This document shows positions 53,272 through 64,000 of a stretch of 64,000 nt of DNA, one piece after another; the stretch's first letter is position 1; each line of letters starts with the position of its first letter. The DNA lies in contig CBDBBI010000010.1 of the NCBI GenBank assembly GCA_965202625.1, positions 2,624,001-2,688,000 of the forward strand, given 5' to 3'. The translations under genes and the position numbers were made by a program. The stretch comes from a bacterium. GTDB lineage: Bacteria; UBA8248. The notes beneath the pieces are model-generated. The model was not told the DNA's origin and ran no database searches. It worked only from the letters and a program-made list of their open reading frames with translations.

Positions 53272-53673
53272 ATGAGCATGACAGATCCTGTTGCCGATCT
53301 TCTGACGCGCATTCGCAACGCGGTGCGCGCGGGGCATTCGAAAGTTGTGATTCCTGGGAGTCGGCTGAAATCCCAGGTCGTCGGTATTCTGAAGACCCAA
53401 GGCTATGTCAAGGGATACGAAGTCGCGCCCGGTCCGGCGGGGCAGAGTGAGATCAGGGTGGATCTCAAGCCTCCTCAGGACGGCAAGCTCGTGCTGAGCG
53501 GTCTTAAGCGCGTCAGCAAACCCGGTCTTCGCGTGTACGTAGGTAAGGAGTTCGTACCCAAGGTGCTCAATGGCATGGGAATAGCGATTCTCACGACCTC
53601 GAGAGGCGTGCTGACGGATGAGGAGGCGAGAATCCTAGGAGTGGGCGGGGAAGTTCTTTGTGAGATTTGGTGA
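53272..53673 (+). CDS. rpsH: 30S ribosomal protein S8
   Basis: DPVADLLTRIRN, SKPGLRVY, GGEVLC. Confidence 0.98.
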   Translation: MSMTDPVADLLTRIRNAVRAGHSKVVIPGSRLKSQVVGILKTQGYVKGYEVAPGPAGQSEIRVDLKPPQDGKLVLSGLKRVSKPGLRVYVGKEFVPKVLNGMGIAILTTSRGVLTDEEARILGVGGEVLCEIW

Positions 53674-53683
53674 GGTGGCCTGA

Positions 53684-54235
53684 ATGTCGCGTGTTGGAAA
53701 AATGCCGATTCATATACCATTGGGTGTGGGAGTGCAGCTCGACGGGCGGTGCATCTCCGTCAAGGGGCCGCTGGGTGTGCTCTCGCGCGAGTTGCATCAC
53801 CGGATCAGGGTGGAGATAGACATAGATAAGGAGAGCATCGTCGTTTCACGAGTCAGCGAATTGCGCCAGGATAAGTCGCTGCACGGTCTTACGCGTACTC
53901 TGATTGCCAACATGGTGGAGGGTGTGACCCAGGGATTCGAGAAAGAGCTGGAAATCATCGGCCTCGGATACCGCGTGGAAGCGAAGGACGGGGGTGTTGT
54001 CCTGAACGTAGGCTATTCGCATCCGGTGAGCGTCGACCGGATCGAGGGCATCACTTTTGAAGTGCAGAGCGACCGAAATCGAACGGCAATCAAGGTGAAG
54101 GGTGTCGACAAGCAGATGGTGGGGTGGGTGGCTGCTGAAATCCGCAAGGTGAAGCCCCCAGAACCGTATAAAGGCAAGGGCATCCGCTATGCGGGCGAGA
54201 TGGTTCGTCGCAAGGTGGGTAAGACCGGCGTATAG
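53684..54235 (+). CDS. rplF: 50S ribosomal protein L6
   Basis: [17 protein letters not shown]. Confidence 0.98.
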   Translation: MSRVGKMPIHIPLGVGVQLDGRCISVKGPLGVLSRELHHRIRVEIDIDKESIVVSRVSELRQDKSLHGLTRTLIANMVEGVTQGFEKELEIIGLGYRVEAKDGGVVLNVGYSHPVSVDRIEGITFEVQSDRNRTAIKVKGVDKQMVGWVAAEIRKVKPPEPYKGKGIRYAGEMVRRKVGKTGV

Positions 54236-54252
54236 CGCGGGAGGCGGGAGAA

Positions 54253-54633
54253 GTGGGTCGATTGAGCAAGCTGGAAGCGAGACGTAAGCGAAAAATGCGC
54301 ATTCGCAAGAAAAATCGCGGAACGAGCGAGCGTCCGCGTCTGTCCGTTTTCAGGAGCGGCGCGCATATCTACGCCCAAATGATCAACGATGTCTCGGACG
54401 AGACGCTCGCGGCGGCCTCCTCGCGTGAGAAAGGTTTCGCCTCCGAGGCGGAGGCCGCCGAAAGCGCGGGTGGGAGCAATGTGGCGGGTGCCGTCATCGT
54501 CGGCAAGCTTCTGGCGGAACGTGCAAAGGCCAAGGGCGTGGGAAAAGTGGTTTTTGATCGCAACGGCTATCTCTATCATGGTCGCGTGAAGGCGTTGGCC
54601 GATAGCGTGAGAGAGGCGGGGGTGAGTTTCTGA
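54253..54633 (+). CDS. rplR: 50S ribosomal protein L18
   Basis: [21 protein letters not shown]. Confidence 0.98.
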   Translation: MGRLSKLEARRKRKMRIRKKNRGTSERPRLSVFRSGAHIYAQMINDVSDETLAAASSREKGFASEAEAAESAGGSNVAGAVIVGKLLAERAKAKGVGKVVFDRNGYLYHGRVKALADSVREAGVSF

Positions 54634-55322
54634 TGGCGCGAGAAGCGAGAAGAGGACGGAAAAGGGAACCTGAGCATCCCGAGGAGCGTGAATTTATTGA
54701 TCGTGTTATCTACGTGAACCGCGTGGCCAAGGTGGTGAAAGGTGGCCGGCGCTTCAGCTTTAGCGCGTTGGTGACCATCGGCGACAGAAAAGGTCGGGTG
54801 GGCGTCGGTATGGGTAAGGCGAACGAGGTGCCGGAGGCCATTCGCAAGGGCGTGGAGAAAGCCCGCAAGTCGATGGTGAAAGTGTCCCTTGACAAAGAGA
54901 CCATTCCCCATCAGACGATAGGTCGCTTCGGCGCGGGCCGCGTTTTGCTCAAGCCCGCGGCGCGGGGTACGGGCGTTATCGCTGGTGGTCCTGTGCGCGC
55001 GGTGTTGGATGTCGCAGGCGTGCGCGACATATTGACGAAATGCCTCGGCACGAACAACCCCCACAACGTGGCCAAAGCGACGCTGGAGGGTTTGTGCTCG
55101 CTGCGCAGTAGGGAGGATGTGTTTGCGCTCCGGGGAATCGGCGTCGAAAGTGTAGCAAGTGAAGAGGGACGGGACGCGGCGGCTGAGCAGGCCCAAGATC
55201 GACAGACGCAAGGCGAGGAGCCGGCCGCGATCGTAGATGAGACCGTGGAGCGGATTCCCGCTGAAGACGCTGGGGAGGGGAAAATTTACGACAGGTTGAG
55301 AGATGTGGCGAAATCCGGTTAA
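54633..55322 (+). CDS. rpsE: 30S ribosomal protein S5 with long C-terminal extension
   Basis: [31 protein letters not shown], then about 55 extra residues. Confidence 0.97.
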   Translation: MAREARRGRKREPEHPEEREFIDRVIYVNRVAKVVKGGRRFSFSALVTIGDRKGRVGVGMGKANEVPEAIRKGVEKARKSMVKVSLDKETIPHQTIGRFGAGRVLLKPAARGTGVIAGGPVRAVLDVAGVRDILTKCLGTNNPHNVAKATLEGLCSLRSREDVFALRGIGVESVASEEGRDAAAEQAQDRQTQGEEPAAIVDETVERIPAEDAGEGKIYDRLRDVAKSG

Positions 55323-55620
55323 ACCACCGGTTACGTGGATATTGCTCCTATCATCGGATGGAACGCGGATGATCAACGATTCCACGACGTCCTCGGTAAA
55401 ATTTCTGTGAAGGAGCACGAGGCGGGCAGACCACTCTTGTCTGTGGTTGTCGTAGAAAATACGGGTGGCAAGCCCGGACCTGATTTTTTTGAACTTGCCA
55501 GAAAATTGATCGCGTTTTTCGGGCGAGAATGAAGAATCCTTTTTTGTGTAAGAACTCAGAAAAGCCCATGCGCATTGGCGTGGCGACGCCAACGCCGAAG
55601 ATGTCGGCGCAGCCGAATAG
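55280..55620 (+). pseudogene. Decayed small non-ribosomal domain continuing in frame from rpsE
   Basis: [25 protein letters not shown]...LGKIS..EHEAGRPLLSVVVV...PGPDFFELA, then a +1 shift to NEESFFV*ELRKAHAHW. Confidence 0.6.
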
Positions 55621-55629
55621 AGGGAAGAT

Positions 55630-55839
55630 ATGGCGGACGAGAAGGTGAAAATCACCCTGAGAAAGAGTGTGTCCGGATCAGACGTGAGACAGCAAGCTGT
55701 TTTGCGGGGGCTGGGGCTGAGGCGGATCAACCAGACGGTCGTGAAAAAGAACAATGCTTGCATTCGCGGCATGGTGTTCAAGATCAAGCATTTGGTGGAA
55801 ATGAAGGAAGGGCCCGGCACCTTGGGCAGAGGTCTATGA
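55630..55839 (+). CDS. rpmD: 50S ribosomal protein L30
   Basis: [32 protein letters not shown]. Confidence 0.95.
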   Translation: MADEKVKITLRKSVSGSDVRQQAVLRGLGLRRINQTVVKKNNACIRGMVFKIKHLVEMKEGPGTLGRGL

Positions 55840-56348
55840 CTAAGAGCGACGCTACATCAAAAGACTCATTCACGGGTCTGGGAAATATGGCTTCCCCTGA
55901 AGGAGCGACGAAAGCCAGACGCCGCGTGGGGCGCGGTGCGGGTTCTGGCAGGGGTAAGACTTCAACGCGTGGGCACAAGGGTCAAAAATCGCGTTCCGGC
56001 TATCGACGCAAGGTGGGTTTCGAGGGCGGACAAATGCCGCTCCAGCGTCGTTTGCCGAAGCGCGGATTCATCTATCACTTCAAAAAAGAGTTCTCTGAGT
56101 TAAACGTGGATCGTTTGAGCGCTCTGGCCCCGGGCTCCCGTGTCGACGCCGTGACGCTTCAGGCCGCAGGTCTTATTCGGAAAATAGCTAAGGATGGCGT
56201 CAAACTACTGGGCGAAGGCGAAATAGATCGCGCCCTTCACTTAATGGTGCAAAAGTGCAGTCGATCGGCTTGCCGGAAAATCGAAGACATGGGCGGCAGC
56301 GTCGAGATCGTGGCTCTTTCCGACAAGCAAGAGGATAAGGGCGAGTGA
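55836..56348 (+). CDS. rplO: 50S ribosomal protein L15
   Basis: [30 protein letters not shown]. Confidence 0.97.
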   Translation: MTKSDATSKDSFTGLGNMASPEGATKARRRVGRGAGSGRGKTSTRGHKGQKSRSGYRRKVGFEGGQMPLQRRLPKRGFIYHFKKEFSELNVDRLSALAPGSRVDAVTLQAAGLIRKIAKDGVKLLGEGEIDRALHLMVQKCSRSACRKIEDMGGSVEIVALSDKQEDKGE

Positions 56349-57667
56349 GGGAAGGCGGCGTTCCTAACATCTTTCAGGTACCTGAGCTCAAGAATAGGAT
56401 TCTGTTTACGCTCGGTCTTTTGGCGGTCTACCGAATTGGGGCGCATATTCCCACGCCGGGCATCGACACCGTGGCGCTGGCGGCCTTTTTCGCCGAGTTG
56501 AGCCGCGGTGGCGGGACCCTCATGCAGTTTTTCGACTTGTTCACGGGCGGTGCCCTGAGCCAGCTGACCATTTTTGCCTTGGGCATCATGCCTTATATCA
56601 GCGCCTCCATCATCTTGGAATTGCTTACGGTCGTGATTCCGCATCTCGAACGCCTCAAGAAAGAGGGGGATTCGGGACGTAAGAAGATTAACCAGTACAC
56701 GCGCTACGGCACGGTCTTTCTCTCCACGGTGCAGGGCTTCGGCATCGCCGTCGGCATTGAGCAGATGGCCGCTCCCACGGGAGCGCTCGTGGTTCCGGAC
56801 CCGGGGTGGGGTTTTCGGTTGATGACGGTGCTCACCCTCGTGGCGGGCACTTCGTTCATCATGTGGCTCGGAGAGCAAATCACCGAACGCGGCATCGGCA
56901 ACGGAATTTCCCTTATCATTTTCGCAGGCATCGTTGCTGGTCTTCCCGGCGCTATCATCAACACGTTCCGCCTACTTGGCACCGGCGAGCTTCAGCCTTT
57001 CGTCATGATATCGCTGGCGGTGGGCATGGTGGCCGTCGTGGGCCTTGTGGTTTGGTTCGAGGCGGGGCAGCGTCGAATAAGGGTGCAGTATGCGAAGCGG
57101 ATGGTGGGCCGAAAAATGGCGGGAGGCCAGGAAACGCACCTGCCTTTGAAGGTCAATACCTCTGGAGTTATTCCACCTATATTCGCGAGTTCCATGATCC
57201 TTTTCCCCGCGACGCTCGCGCAATTCTCAAACGTGGGCTGGCTCCAACAATTGAGCGCGGCGCTTACTCCACCGAGCACCTGGTATGTGGTGTTGACGGT
57301 CGTGCTGATTTTCTTCTTCGCCTATTTCTATACCGCCATCATATTTAACCCGATGGATGTGGCGGAGAATTTAAGAAAATACGGCGGCTTCGTTCCCGGA
57401 AGGCGTCCAGGCCGGCCTACGGCAGATTATATTGATCGCACCCTGAGCCGATTGACATTCTTGGGTGCCATCTACTTGAGTGCCATCGTCATTTTACCCA
57501 CCTATCTGATCCAGTGGTTCAATGTACCATTTTTCTTTGGTGGAACCGCACTTTTGATCGTCGTGGGCGTGGCGGTGGACACCCAGCGTCAGATCGAATC
57601 TCATTTGGTGATGCGGAATTATGAGGGTTTTTTGCGTCGTGGCCGCGTGCGGGGTCGTGCGGGGTAG
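56345..57667 (+). CDS. secY: Preprotein translocase SecY
   Basis: LGIMPYISASII, GIGNGISLIIF, GGTALLIVVGV. Confidence 0.99.
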   Translation: MREGGVPNIFQVPELKNRILFTLGLLAVYRIGAHIPTPGIDTVALAAFFAELSRGGGTLMQFFDLFTGGALSQLTIFALGIMPYISASIILELLTVVIPHLERLKKEGDSGRKKINQYTRYGTVFLSTVQGFGIAVGIEQMAAPTGALVVPDPGWGFRLMTVLTLVAGTSFIMWLGEQITERGIGNGISLIIFAGIVAGLPGAIINTFRLLGTGELQPFVMISLAVGMVAVVGLVVWFEAGQRRIRVQYAKRMVGRKMAGGQETHLPLKVNTSGVIPPIFASSMILFPATLAQFSNVGWLQQLSAALTPPSTWYVVLTVVLIFFFAYFYTAIIFNPMDVAENLRKYGGFVPGRRPGRPTADYIDRTLSRLTFLGAIYLSAIVILPTYLIQWFNVPFFFGGTALLIVVGVAVDTQRQIESHLVMRNYEGFLRRGRVRGRAG

Positions 57668-57671
57668 TTGG

Positions 57672-58301
57672 ATGAGGATCATTCTTCTGGGGCCTCCAGG
57701 ATCGGGAAAAGGCACGCAAGGTGCCTTGCTCTCGAAATCCCTTCAACTGCCTGAAATCTCGACAGGGGACATGTTGCGGCAGGCGGTTGCGGAGAGGACG
57801 GTGCTTGGCCAGCAAGTAGAGAGCATGATCAACCAGGGCCAGCTCGTACCCGACGACCTCATCGTGTCGATTATCGAAGAGCGCATCTCCCGCGAAGATT
57901 GCAGGCATGGCTTTATTCTGGATGGTTTTCCGAGGACGATTGAGCAGGGTGAGGCGCTGGAAAGGGTTTTGCCCGAAAGTGTGGATGTGGTTGTTTATAT
58001 GAACATATCGAACGAGGTCGTGGTGTCGCGGCTGGCGGGAAGGATCACGTGCAAAAAATGCGGCGCGGCGTATCCCAAGATGGACACCTCGCTTTGTCCC
58101 GCCTGCAGGGGAGATCTCTACCAGCGTGAAGACGACATGATGAGCACGGTGCTCCGCCGTATTCAGGTGTATAAGGAGCACACAGAGCCTCTAGTAGCGT
58201 TTTATCGCGCGAAGGGTAAAGTCGCTGAAATTGACGGCCAGGGGAGTATGGAGGAGGTCGCACAGAGGGTGGAGGTAGGTGTTGCCCGGGTGTGCGCTTG
58301 A
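57672..58301 (+). CDS. adk: Adenylate kinase (Cys4 zinc LID)
   Basis: GPPGSGKGTQ, STGDMLR, LDGFPRT, CKKC...CPAC. Confidence 0.97.
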   Translation: MRIILLGPPGSGKGTQGALLSKSLQLPEISTGDMLRQAVAERTVLGQQVESMINQGQLVPDDLIVSIIEERISREDCRHGFILDGFPRTIEQGEALERVLPESVDVVVYMNISNEVVVSRLAGRITCKKCGAAYPKMDTSLCPACRGDLYQREDDMMSTVLRRIQVYKEHTEPLVAFYRAKGKVAEIDGQGSMEEVAQRVEVGVARVCA

Positions 58302-59053
58302 TGGCTATCATCCTTCGCTCCCAGAAAGAGATAGAGCGATTGCGCGCGAGTAACCGGGTGGTGATGTGTGTTATGGAGGAGCTCCGAAAGGAAATTCGGC
58401 CGGGTGCTTCTACGCTGGAACTGGACGCCCTTGCGGAACGGATTATTCGCTCTCAGGGGGCGCTTCCCGCCTTTAAGGGATACAGGGGCTATGAACACAC
58501 TATATGCGCTTCAGTGAATGAGGAGGTGGTTCATGGGGTGCCTTCCGAGAGGAAATTGAGAGAGGGAGATATCGTCAGCGTGGATGTCGGGGCGAAATTG
58601 TATGGCTACTATGGGGATCATGCGCTCACTTTTCCGGTGGGCAGCGTTGGTGCTGAGCCGAAAAGACTGCTGAAATACTGTGAGGGGGCGCTTTTCAAGG
58701 GAATCGAGCAGGCTAGGCCGGGCAACCGGTTGTTTGACATTTCCCATGCCGTGCAAAAACACGCAGAAGGCGCTGGTTTTTCCGTGGTGCGTGCCTATGT
58801 GGGCCACGGAGTGGGGACGAATCTTCATGAAGAGCCGCAGGTGCCGAATTTTGGCGAACCCGATACGGGGCCGGAGTTGAAGCCGGGCATGGTTCTGGCG
58901 ATTGAACCCATGCTGAACATGGGCGTTCATGAGGTGAAAGTCTTAAGTGACGAATGGACGGTCGTCACGGCAGACGAGAAACTCTCCGCGCATTTCGAGC
59001 ATTCGGTCGCCATCACGGAGAGCGGGCCCGACGTTTTGAGTCTTACAGCATGA
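58301..59053 (+). CDS. map: Methionine aminopeptidase type I
   Basis: [34 protein letters not shown]. Confidence 0.98.
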   Translation: MAIILRSQKEIERLRASNRVVMCVMEELRKEIRPGASTLELDALAERIIRSQGALPAFKGYRGYEHTICASVNEEVVHGVPSERKLREGDIVSVDVGAKLYGYYGDHALTFPVGSVGAEPKRLLKYCEGALFKGIEQARPGNRLFDISHAVQKHAEGAGFSVVRAYVGHGVGTNLHEEPQVPNFGEPDTGPELKPGMVLAIEPMLNMGVHEVKVLSDEWTVVTADEKLSAHFEHSVAITESGPDVLSLTA

Positions 59054-59337
59054 AGAAGCCGCGTCGAGGGGGGAGCAGGAGAAGAAGAAAGCGCGAGCAG
59101 GTGGAGCGAGAGGAGCGCGCGCCCAAGGAAGGTGTGATAGAGGTAGATGGAATCGTAGTGGAGCCTCTGCCGAACGCGATGTTTCGAGTCGATCTTGAAG
59201 GGGGCCACAAGGTATTGGCCCATATTTCAGGCAAGATGCGTATGCACTTCATCCGAATCCTTCCGGGGGACAACGTCAAGGTGGAACTCTCGCCGTATGA
59301 TTTAACGAGAGGGCGGATAACGAGCCGCTACAAATAA
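59050..59337 (+). CDS. infA: Translation initiation factor IF-1 (start uncertain)
   Basis: [28 protein letters not shown]. Confidence 0.96.
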   Translation: MKKPRRGGSRRRRKREQVEREERAPKEGVIEVDGIVVEPLPNAMFRVDLEGGHKVLAHISGKMRMHFIRILPGDNVKVELSPYDLTRGRITSRYK

Positions 59338-59370
59338 GGGTTTATTGCAGTTGAACACTGGAGTCAGACC

Positions 59371-59484
59371 ATGAAGGTGAGAAGTTCTGTCAAGCCTATG
59401 TGTGATAAGTGCAAAGTCATCCGTCGCAAAGGGATCGTGCGCGTCATGTGCTCAAACCCGAAGCACAAACAGCGCCAGGGTTAG
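59371..59484 (+). CDS. rpmJ: 50S ribosomal protein L36
   Basis: Manual translation [37 protein letters not shown] (below the ORF-track cutoff). Confidence 0.97.
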   Translation: MKVRSSVKPMCDKCKVIRRKGIVRVMCSNPKHKQRQG

Positions 59485-59508
59485 GGCGGAAAACAAAGGA
59501 GAACGTGG

Positions 59509-59883
59509 ATGGCGCGTATTGCTGGAGTGGATATTCCTAATAACAAGAACGTCAACGTCGCCTTGACGTATATTTTTGGCATCGGGCGCACTTCGGCGAA
59601 TAGGATAGTAGAGGAGGCGAATATCAACGCCCTCTCTAAGGTGAAGGACCTCTCCGAGGGCGAGGTGCAGAACTTGCGCGAGATTATTGAGCGCGGCTAT
59701 GCGGTGGAGGGAGATTTGAGGAGCCGGGTAACCATGAACATTAAGCGGTTGATGGACATCGGCACCTACCGGGGGCTTCGGCACCGCCGCGGCCTCCCCG
59801 TTCGCGGACAAAGAACACACACGAACGCGCGCACCCGAAAGGGGCCTCGCAAGACGGTGGGCGCGAAGAAAAAGGACACCTGA
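59509..59883 (+). CDS. rpsM: 30S ribosomal protein S13
   Basis: [25 protein letters not shown]. Confidence 0.99.
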   Translation: MARIAGVDIPNNKNVNVALTYIFGIGRTSANRIVEEANINALSKVKDLSEGEVQNLREIIERGYAVEGDLRSRVTMNIKRLMDIGTYRGLRHRRGLPVRGQRTHTNARTRKGPRKTVGAKKKDT

Positions 59884-59920
59884 TTTTTCATTTCGTCTTT
59901 CGCGGGGCAGGAGATTTCAA

Positions 59921-60322
59921 TTGGCGCAAGCGGGCAGAGGAAAACGCGGCGGAAAGCGACGCCGAGAGAGAAGGGCCATCAACAAGGGCCAAGCCCATAT
60001 ATTGGCGACCTTCAACAACACGATGCTCTCGATTTCCGACACGGGTGGGAACGTGGTTTGCTGGTCAACGGCTGGTGGGCAGGGCTTCAAGGGTTCTAGA
60101 AAAAGCACGCCTTTCGCCGCGCAGATGGCCGCTGCGGACGTTGCCAAGAAAGCGCTGGACCTTGGAGTGACTTCTGTGGAGGTATACGTGAGCGGGCCTG
60201 GTTCTGGCAGAGAGGCGGCGATTCGCTCGCTGGCCGCAGCGGGGCTCGAAGTGAGTCTCATTCGTGACGTGACGCCTATTCCCCATAATGGTTGTCGCCC
60301 GCGCAAGCGGCGGCGAGTCTAG
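59921..60322 (+). CDS. rpsK: 30S ribosomal protein S11
   Basis: [24 protein letters not shown]. Confidence 0.99.
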   Translation: MAQAGRGKRGGKRRRERRAINKGQAHILATFNNTMLSISDTGGNVVCWSTAGGQGFKGSRKSTPFAAQMAAADVAKKALDLGVTSVEVYVSGPGSGREAAIRSLAAAGLEVSLIRDVTPIPHNGCRPRKRRRV

Positions 60323-60348
60323 GTTAAGACGAAGAGGGAGTCTGCATT

Positions 60349-60981
60349 TTGGCGCGATACAAGGATTCGGTTTGTCGGCTTTGCCGAAGGGAGGGAATGA
60401 AGCTCTTTCTGAAGGGCGATCGCTGCATCGGGGATAAATGCTCTTTTGAGAAGCGGAGCTTTCCGCCGGGACAGCATGGAGCGGCGCGTTCAAGGGGAAA
60501 ACTGAGCGAATATGGTATTCAGCTTCGAGAGAAGCAAAAGGCGCGCCGGGTATACGGCGTGTTGGAGAAGCAATTTCGGCTTTATTACAAAGAAGCGGCG
60601 CGCCGTAAGGGAGTCACTGGCGACAATCTATTTTCCTTGCTGGAGTCTCGCCTTGATAACGTCGTGTTTCGGGCAAGTTTCGCGGACTCACGGAATCAGG
60701 CACGTCAACTGGTGACTCACAGCCACGTTCTGGTGAATGGCCGGAAGGTGAATCGCCCGGCGTTCATCGTGCGAAAAGGCGACCTCGTCGAGATCAAAGA
60801 GAAGAGCAAAAAGATGGGATTGGTTTTGCAAAGCGCAGAGAATGGGAAGGTGCGCGGTGTTCCCGCTTGGCTCGACGTAGACCACGCCGACCTTCAAGCG
60901 CGCGTCTTGGAGCCGCCCCGCTTGCTTGACTCGCAAATCGACATCAACGCGCAGCAAATTGTGGAGCTTTATTCCAAATAG
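60349..60981 (+). CDS. rpsD: 30S ribosomal protein S4
   Basis: [31 protein letters not shown]. Confidence 0.99.
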   Translation: MARYKDSVCRLCRREGMKLFLKGDRCIGDKCSFEKRSFPPGQHGAARSRGKLSEYGIQLREKQKARRVYGVLEKQFRLYYKEAARRKGVTGDNLFSLLESRLDNVVFRASFADSRNQARQLVTHSHVLVNGRKVNRPAFIVRKGDLVEIKEKSKKMGLVLQSAENGKVRGVPAWLDVDHADLQARVLEPPRLLDSQIDINAQQIVELYSK

Positions 60982-61033
60982 ATTTCAACCAACTTCCCTG
61001 AAAAAGTGCTCAACCGCCGAACGGAGAGGACCC

Positions 61034-62056
61034 ATGGAAATGACGGCTATTGCTGAGCTTGTCAAACCCACTGGCCTGGAGCCGCAGCCAGGGAGTTTGA
61101 CCGATACTTTCGGTTGCTTTGTCGCCGAGCCGCTGGAGCGCGGGTATGGCGTTACGCTGGGGAACGCGCTTCGTCGGGTGATTTTGTCTTCGTTGCAGGG
61201 CGCCGCGTTCACGGGCTTGCGTATTGAAGGGGTGTTTCACGAGTTTTCAAGCATTCCGGGTGTCATGGAGGATGTGATGGAGATCGTCTTGAAACTCAAA
61301 GAGGTCGTCATCCAGGTGGACTCGGAAAATACGCCGGCTCGCATGTATTATCGGCACTCAGGTTCCGCCGGCGTTTTCAGGGCAGGGGACATTGAGGTTC
61401 CGGCGGGCGTGAAGGTGCTGACCCCCGACGTAAGGATCGCCAACATGAACGATGAAGCAGACCTCGACATGGAACTCGTGGCGAACGTTGGCCGTGGCTA
61501 TGTGCCTGCGGAGAGAAACGTGGACCTTGACCTCGGCCCTCAGTTTATCCCGATGGACTCCATCTTCTCTCCCATCCGCCGATGCGCTTTTCAGGTGGAA
61601 AAAACGCGGGTCGGCGACATTACGGACTACGACAAGCTGATTCTCGACGTGGAGACGAACGGCACTATCGCTCCCGTGGACGCCGTCGCACACGCGGCGA
61701 AGATACTGAAGGATAACCTTCAGATATTCATCAATTTTGAGGAAGAGCAGACACCCCAGGAACCCAAGGTGGATGAACGCAAGCAAAGGATTGTGGAGAG
61801 CCTCAGCAGAAGCGTGGAGGAGTTGGAGCTTTCGGTTCGCAGCTATAATTGCCTAAAAAACGCGCGAATTCGCACGCTGGGTGAGTTGGTGCAAAAGTCC
61901 GAAGGCGATCTGTTGAAAACGCGCAATTTTGGCCGGAAGAGTTTGAACGAAATTCGTGATATTCTCACGGGCATGGGTTTGTCCCTCGGGATGGATTTGG
62001 TGGACTACATGAATCTCCCAGTGCGTGAGTTAAGCGGGCGGGATAACATCGAATAA
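61034..62056 (+). CDS. rpoA: RNA polymerase alpha subunit
   Basis: [36 protein letters not shown]. Confidence 0.99.
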   Translation: MEMTAIAELVKPTGLEPQPGSLTDTFGCFVAEPLERGYGVTLGNALRRVILSSLQGAAFTGLRIEGVFHEFSSIPGVMEDVMEIVLKLKEVVIQVDSENTPARMYYRHSGSAGVFRAGDIEVPAGVKVLTPDVRIANMNDEADLDMELVANVGRGYVPAERNVDLDLGPQFIPMDSIFSPIRRCAFQVEKTRVGDITDYDKLILDVETNGTIAPVDAVAHAAKILKDNLQIFINFEEEQTPQEPKVDERKQRIVESLSRSVEELELSVRSYNCLKNARIRTLGELVQKSEGDLLKTRNFGRKSLNEIRDILTGMGLSLGMDLVDYMNLPVRELSGRDNIE

Positions 62057-62075
62057 GGGGGCGGGGTGTAGGCAG

Positions 62076-62498
62076 ATGCGACACCGATGGCACGGCAGAA
62101 AACTGGGGCGTACGTCGAAGCATCGAGACGCTATGACGCGGAACATGGTCACCTCTCTCATTGCTGAGGAGAGAGTGCGAACGACGCTGGCGAAAGCAAA
62201 AGAGGTTCGTCGGCACGCCGAGCGCGTCATTACTATGGGTAAGAAGGGCACACTACATGCGCGTCGGCAAGTCGCCTCCTATCTCAAGACTCCGCGTGCG
62301 GTCGTCAAGCTCATGGACACCATTGCCCCGAGGTATGCGGAACGTCCTGGCGGCTACACCCGAATTCTGCGTCTTCCGCCTCGACAGGGAGACGCCGCAC
62401 CCATGGCGATTCTTGAGTTAATTGACAGAGACATCTCTAAAGAAGAGGAGATACGGGAGCGTCGCCTGAAGAAAAAAGAGGCCCGCGGAGAAGCGTAG
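62076..62498 (+). CDS. rplQ: 50S ribosomal protein L17
   Basis: [27 protein letters not shown]. Confidence 0.99.
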   Translation: MRHRWHGRKLGRTSKHRDAMTRNMVTSLIAEERVRTTLAKAKEVRRHAERVITMGKKGTLHARRQVASYLKTPRAVVKLMDTIAPRYAERPGGYTRILRLPPRQGDAAPMAILELIDRDISKEEEIRERRLKKKEARGEA

Positions 62499-62524
62499 AG
62501 GGCCGTAACCTGGAGGAGGCGTGT

Positions 62525-62552
62525 AAGGAGAGCCGATGAGGCTCTCCTTTTT
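62525..62552 (+). terminator. Terminator of the alpha operon
   Basis: aaggagagcc-gatga-ggctctcctt plus T run. Confidence 0.85.
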
Positions 62553-62584
62553 CGTTTATCCCCAAATGAAGTGGAGACCCTCAA

Positions 62585-63007
62585 TTGTCTCATTTGAGAG
62601 GACGACCGGATGCGGATGGCTGTTTCGTTTGTGGGCTCAAGAACCCGATTGGCTTGAAGATCGCTTTTCGCATGGATGGTGACGTCTGTCGCGCGGAATT
62701 CACGCCGCAGTCCGCACATCAGGGTTATGACGGCATAACACATGGCGGAATCGTCTTCAGCATTCTTGATGACGTCATGGCGAACTGGCTTTTCTTGCAA
62801 GGGTTCCGCGCCTACTCGGCGAGAAGCGAAATTCGTTACCGGGCACCTCTTCCAGTGGGTGTTCCCTTGTTGCTTGAGGGGAGGTTGAAGAAAAAGAGGG
62901 GCAAGTTCGTTCTGCTGGTGGGAAAGGCGATGCGGGCGGAGGACGGCCGGCCCGTCGCCGAGGCGGAAGCCATGTTTCATGTCGTGGAAGGTGAGGCGGA
63001 CGATTGA
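62585..63007 (+). CDS. PaaI-family hotdog thioesterase
   Basis: CFVCGLKNPIGL, HQGYDGITHGG...LDD. Confidence 0.9.
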   Translation: MSHLRGRPDADGCFVCGLKNPIGLKIAFRMDGDVCRAEFTPQSAHQGYDGITHGGIVFSILDDVMANWLFLQGFRAYSARSEIRYRAPLPVGVPLLLEGRLKKKRGKFVLLVGKAMRAEDGRPVAEAEAMFHVVEGEADD

Positions 63008-64000
63008 TGAGGATTGGGTTGCCGAGAGAGAGCAAGCAGGACGAATACCGGGTTGCCCTGGCGCCGAGCGCTGTGGAGGCACTTTCGGAGGCGGGGCACG
63101 CCGTGCTGGTGGAGCGGGGTGCTGGTCGGGGAGCCGGTGTTCTGGATGAGGACTACGAGGGGGTGGGCGGGCGCCTCGTTTCGTCGGCGGAGGAAATTTG
63201 GGCGAAGGGGGAGATGATCATCAAGGTCAAGGAACCCTTGAAATCAGAGTTTGCGCTGATGCGCAAGGGGCAGATATTATTCGCTTTCTTGCATTTGGCC
63301 GCCTGCCTGCCCCTTGCGCGGGCACTTCTGCGAAAGGGAGTGTATGGCGTCGCGTTCGAGACGGTGAGTTCGTCCGACGGCGTTTTGCCGATTTTGCAAC
63401 CCATGAGCGAGATAGCGGGCCGAATGGCTGTTCAGGAGGGCGCGAAGTATCTGGAGAAGAATTTGGGTGGGCGCGGCGTTTTGCTGGCCGGAGCGCCAGG
63501 CGTTCCCCGTGGAAACGTGATCATCCTTGGAGCGGGCATCGTGGGAAAAAACGCCGCCAAGATAGCAGTCGGAATGCATGCGAGCGTCACCGTCTTCGAC
63601 ATCAACCATGCGCGACTCGAGTATATTGACGATATTTTCGACGGTCGGGTAAAGACCTTGGTGTCCACGCGTTTCACCGTTCGAGAAGCCATCAGCGAGG
63701 CGGATTTGGTTATTGGCGCTGTTTTGGTGCCTGGAGGGCGGACGCCCGTTCTCGTTTCCCACGAGATGCTTAGGGAGATGCATCCAGGTGCTGTCGTCGT
63801 GGATGTGGCGGTAGACCAGGGCGGTTGCGTAGAGACGATACACCCCACATATCATTCCAGCCCCACTTACGTTGTTGATGACGTCGTCCACTACGGCGTG
63901 GCGAATATGCCGGGGGCCGTTCCTCGGACGAGCACCATCGCGTTGTCGAACGCCGTGCTCCCCTATGCCTTGGAGCTGGCCAACCTGGGGTTAAGGGAGG
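63007..64000 (+). CDS. ald: Alanine dehydrogenase, 3'-truncated by the window edge
   Basis: Manual translation MRIGLPRESKQDEYRVALAP, KVKEP, PMSEIAGR, DVAVDQGG, YGVANMPGAVP. Confidence 0.95.
   Translation, partial: MRIGLPRESKQDEYRVALAPSAVEALSEAGHAVLVERGAGRGAGVLDEDYEGVGGRLVSSAEEIWAKGEMIIKVKEPLKSEFALMRKGQILFAFLHLAACLPLARALLRKGVYGVAFETVSSSDGVLPILQPMSEIAGRMAVQEGAKYLEKNLGGRGVLLAGAPGVPRGNVIILGAGIVGKNAAKIAVGMHASVTVFDINHARLEYIDDIFDGRVKTLVSTRFTVREAISEADLVIGAVLVPGGRTPVLVSHEMLREMHPGAVVVDVAVDQGGCVETIHPTYHSSPTYVVDDVVHYGVANMPGAVPRTSTIALSNAVLPYALELANLGLRE

Overview
Bacterial chromosomal window with two parts. The left ~23 kb is accessory or mixed: 3' end of groEL, TonB-like protein, DtxR/MntR regulator, cupin, gpsA, a decaying DinB-ArsR-SRPBCC operon, M50-like peptidase, lipoprotein, Gfo/Idh/MocA oxidoreductase, an orphan xanthine-dehydrogenase-family Mo subunit, an OsmC-like gene split by an in-frame UGA, EamA, PmtA-like methyltransferase, an enoyl-CoA hydratase pseudogene, Ca/Na antiporter, PpiC, dcd and a Type III restriction-modification pair. 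The right ~41 kb is core: moaC, PIN/TRAM, ispD, ispF, cysS, rlmB, five tRNAs, two tuf copies, secE-nusG-rplKAJL-rpoBC, the str, S10, spc and alpha ribosomal clusters, a PaaI thioesterase and partial ald. Four signals stand out. (1) The Type III mod gene is frameshifted OFF by an 18-copy heptanucleotide repeat, a candidate phase-variable epigenetic switch. (2) An unannotated ~155-nt sigma54-type transcription unit displays an anti-Shine-Dalgarno loop, a candidate trans-acting sRNA. (3) The OsmC-like gene is a probable selenoprotein. (4) A decayed foreign domain sits in frame in the tail of ribosomal protein S5. All calls come from reading the sequence by eye; no searches were run.
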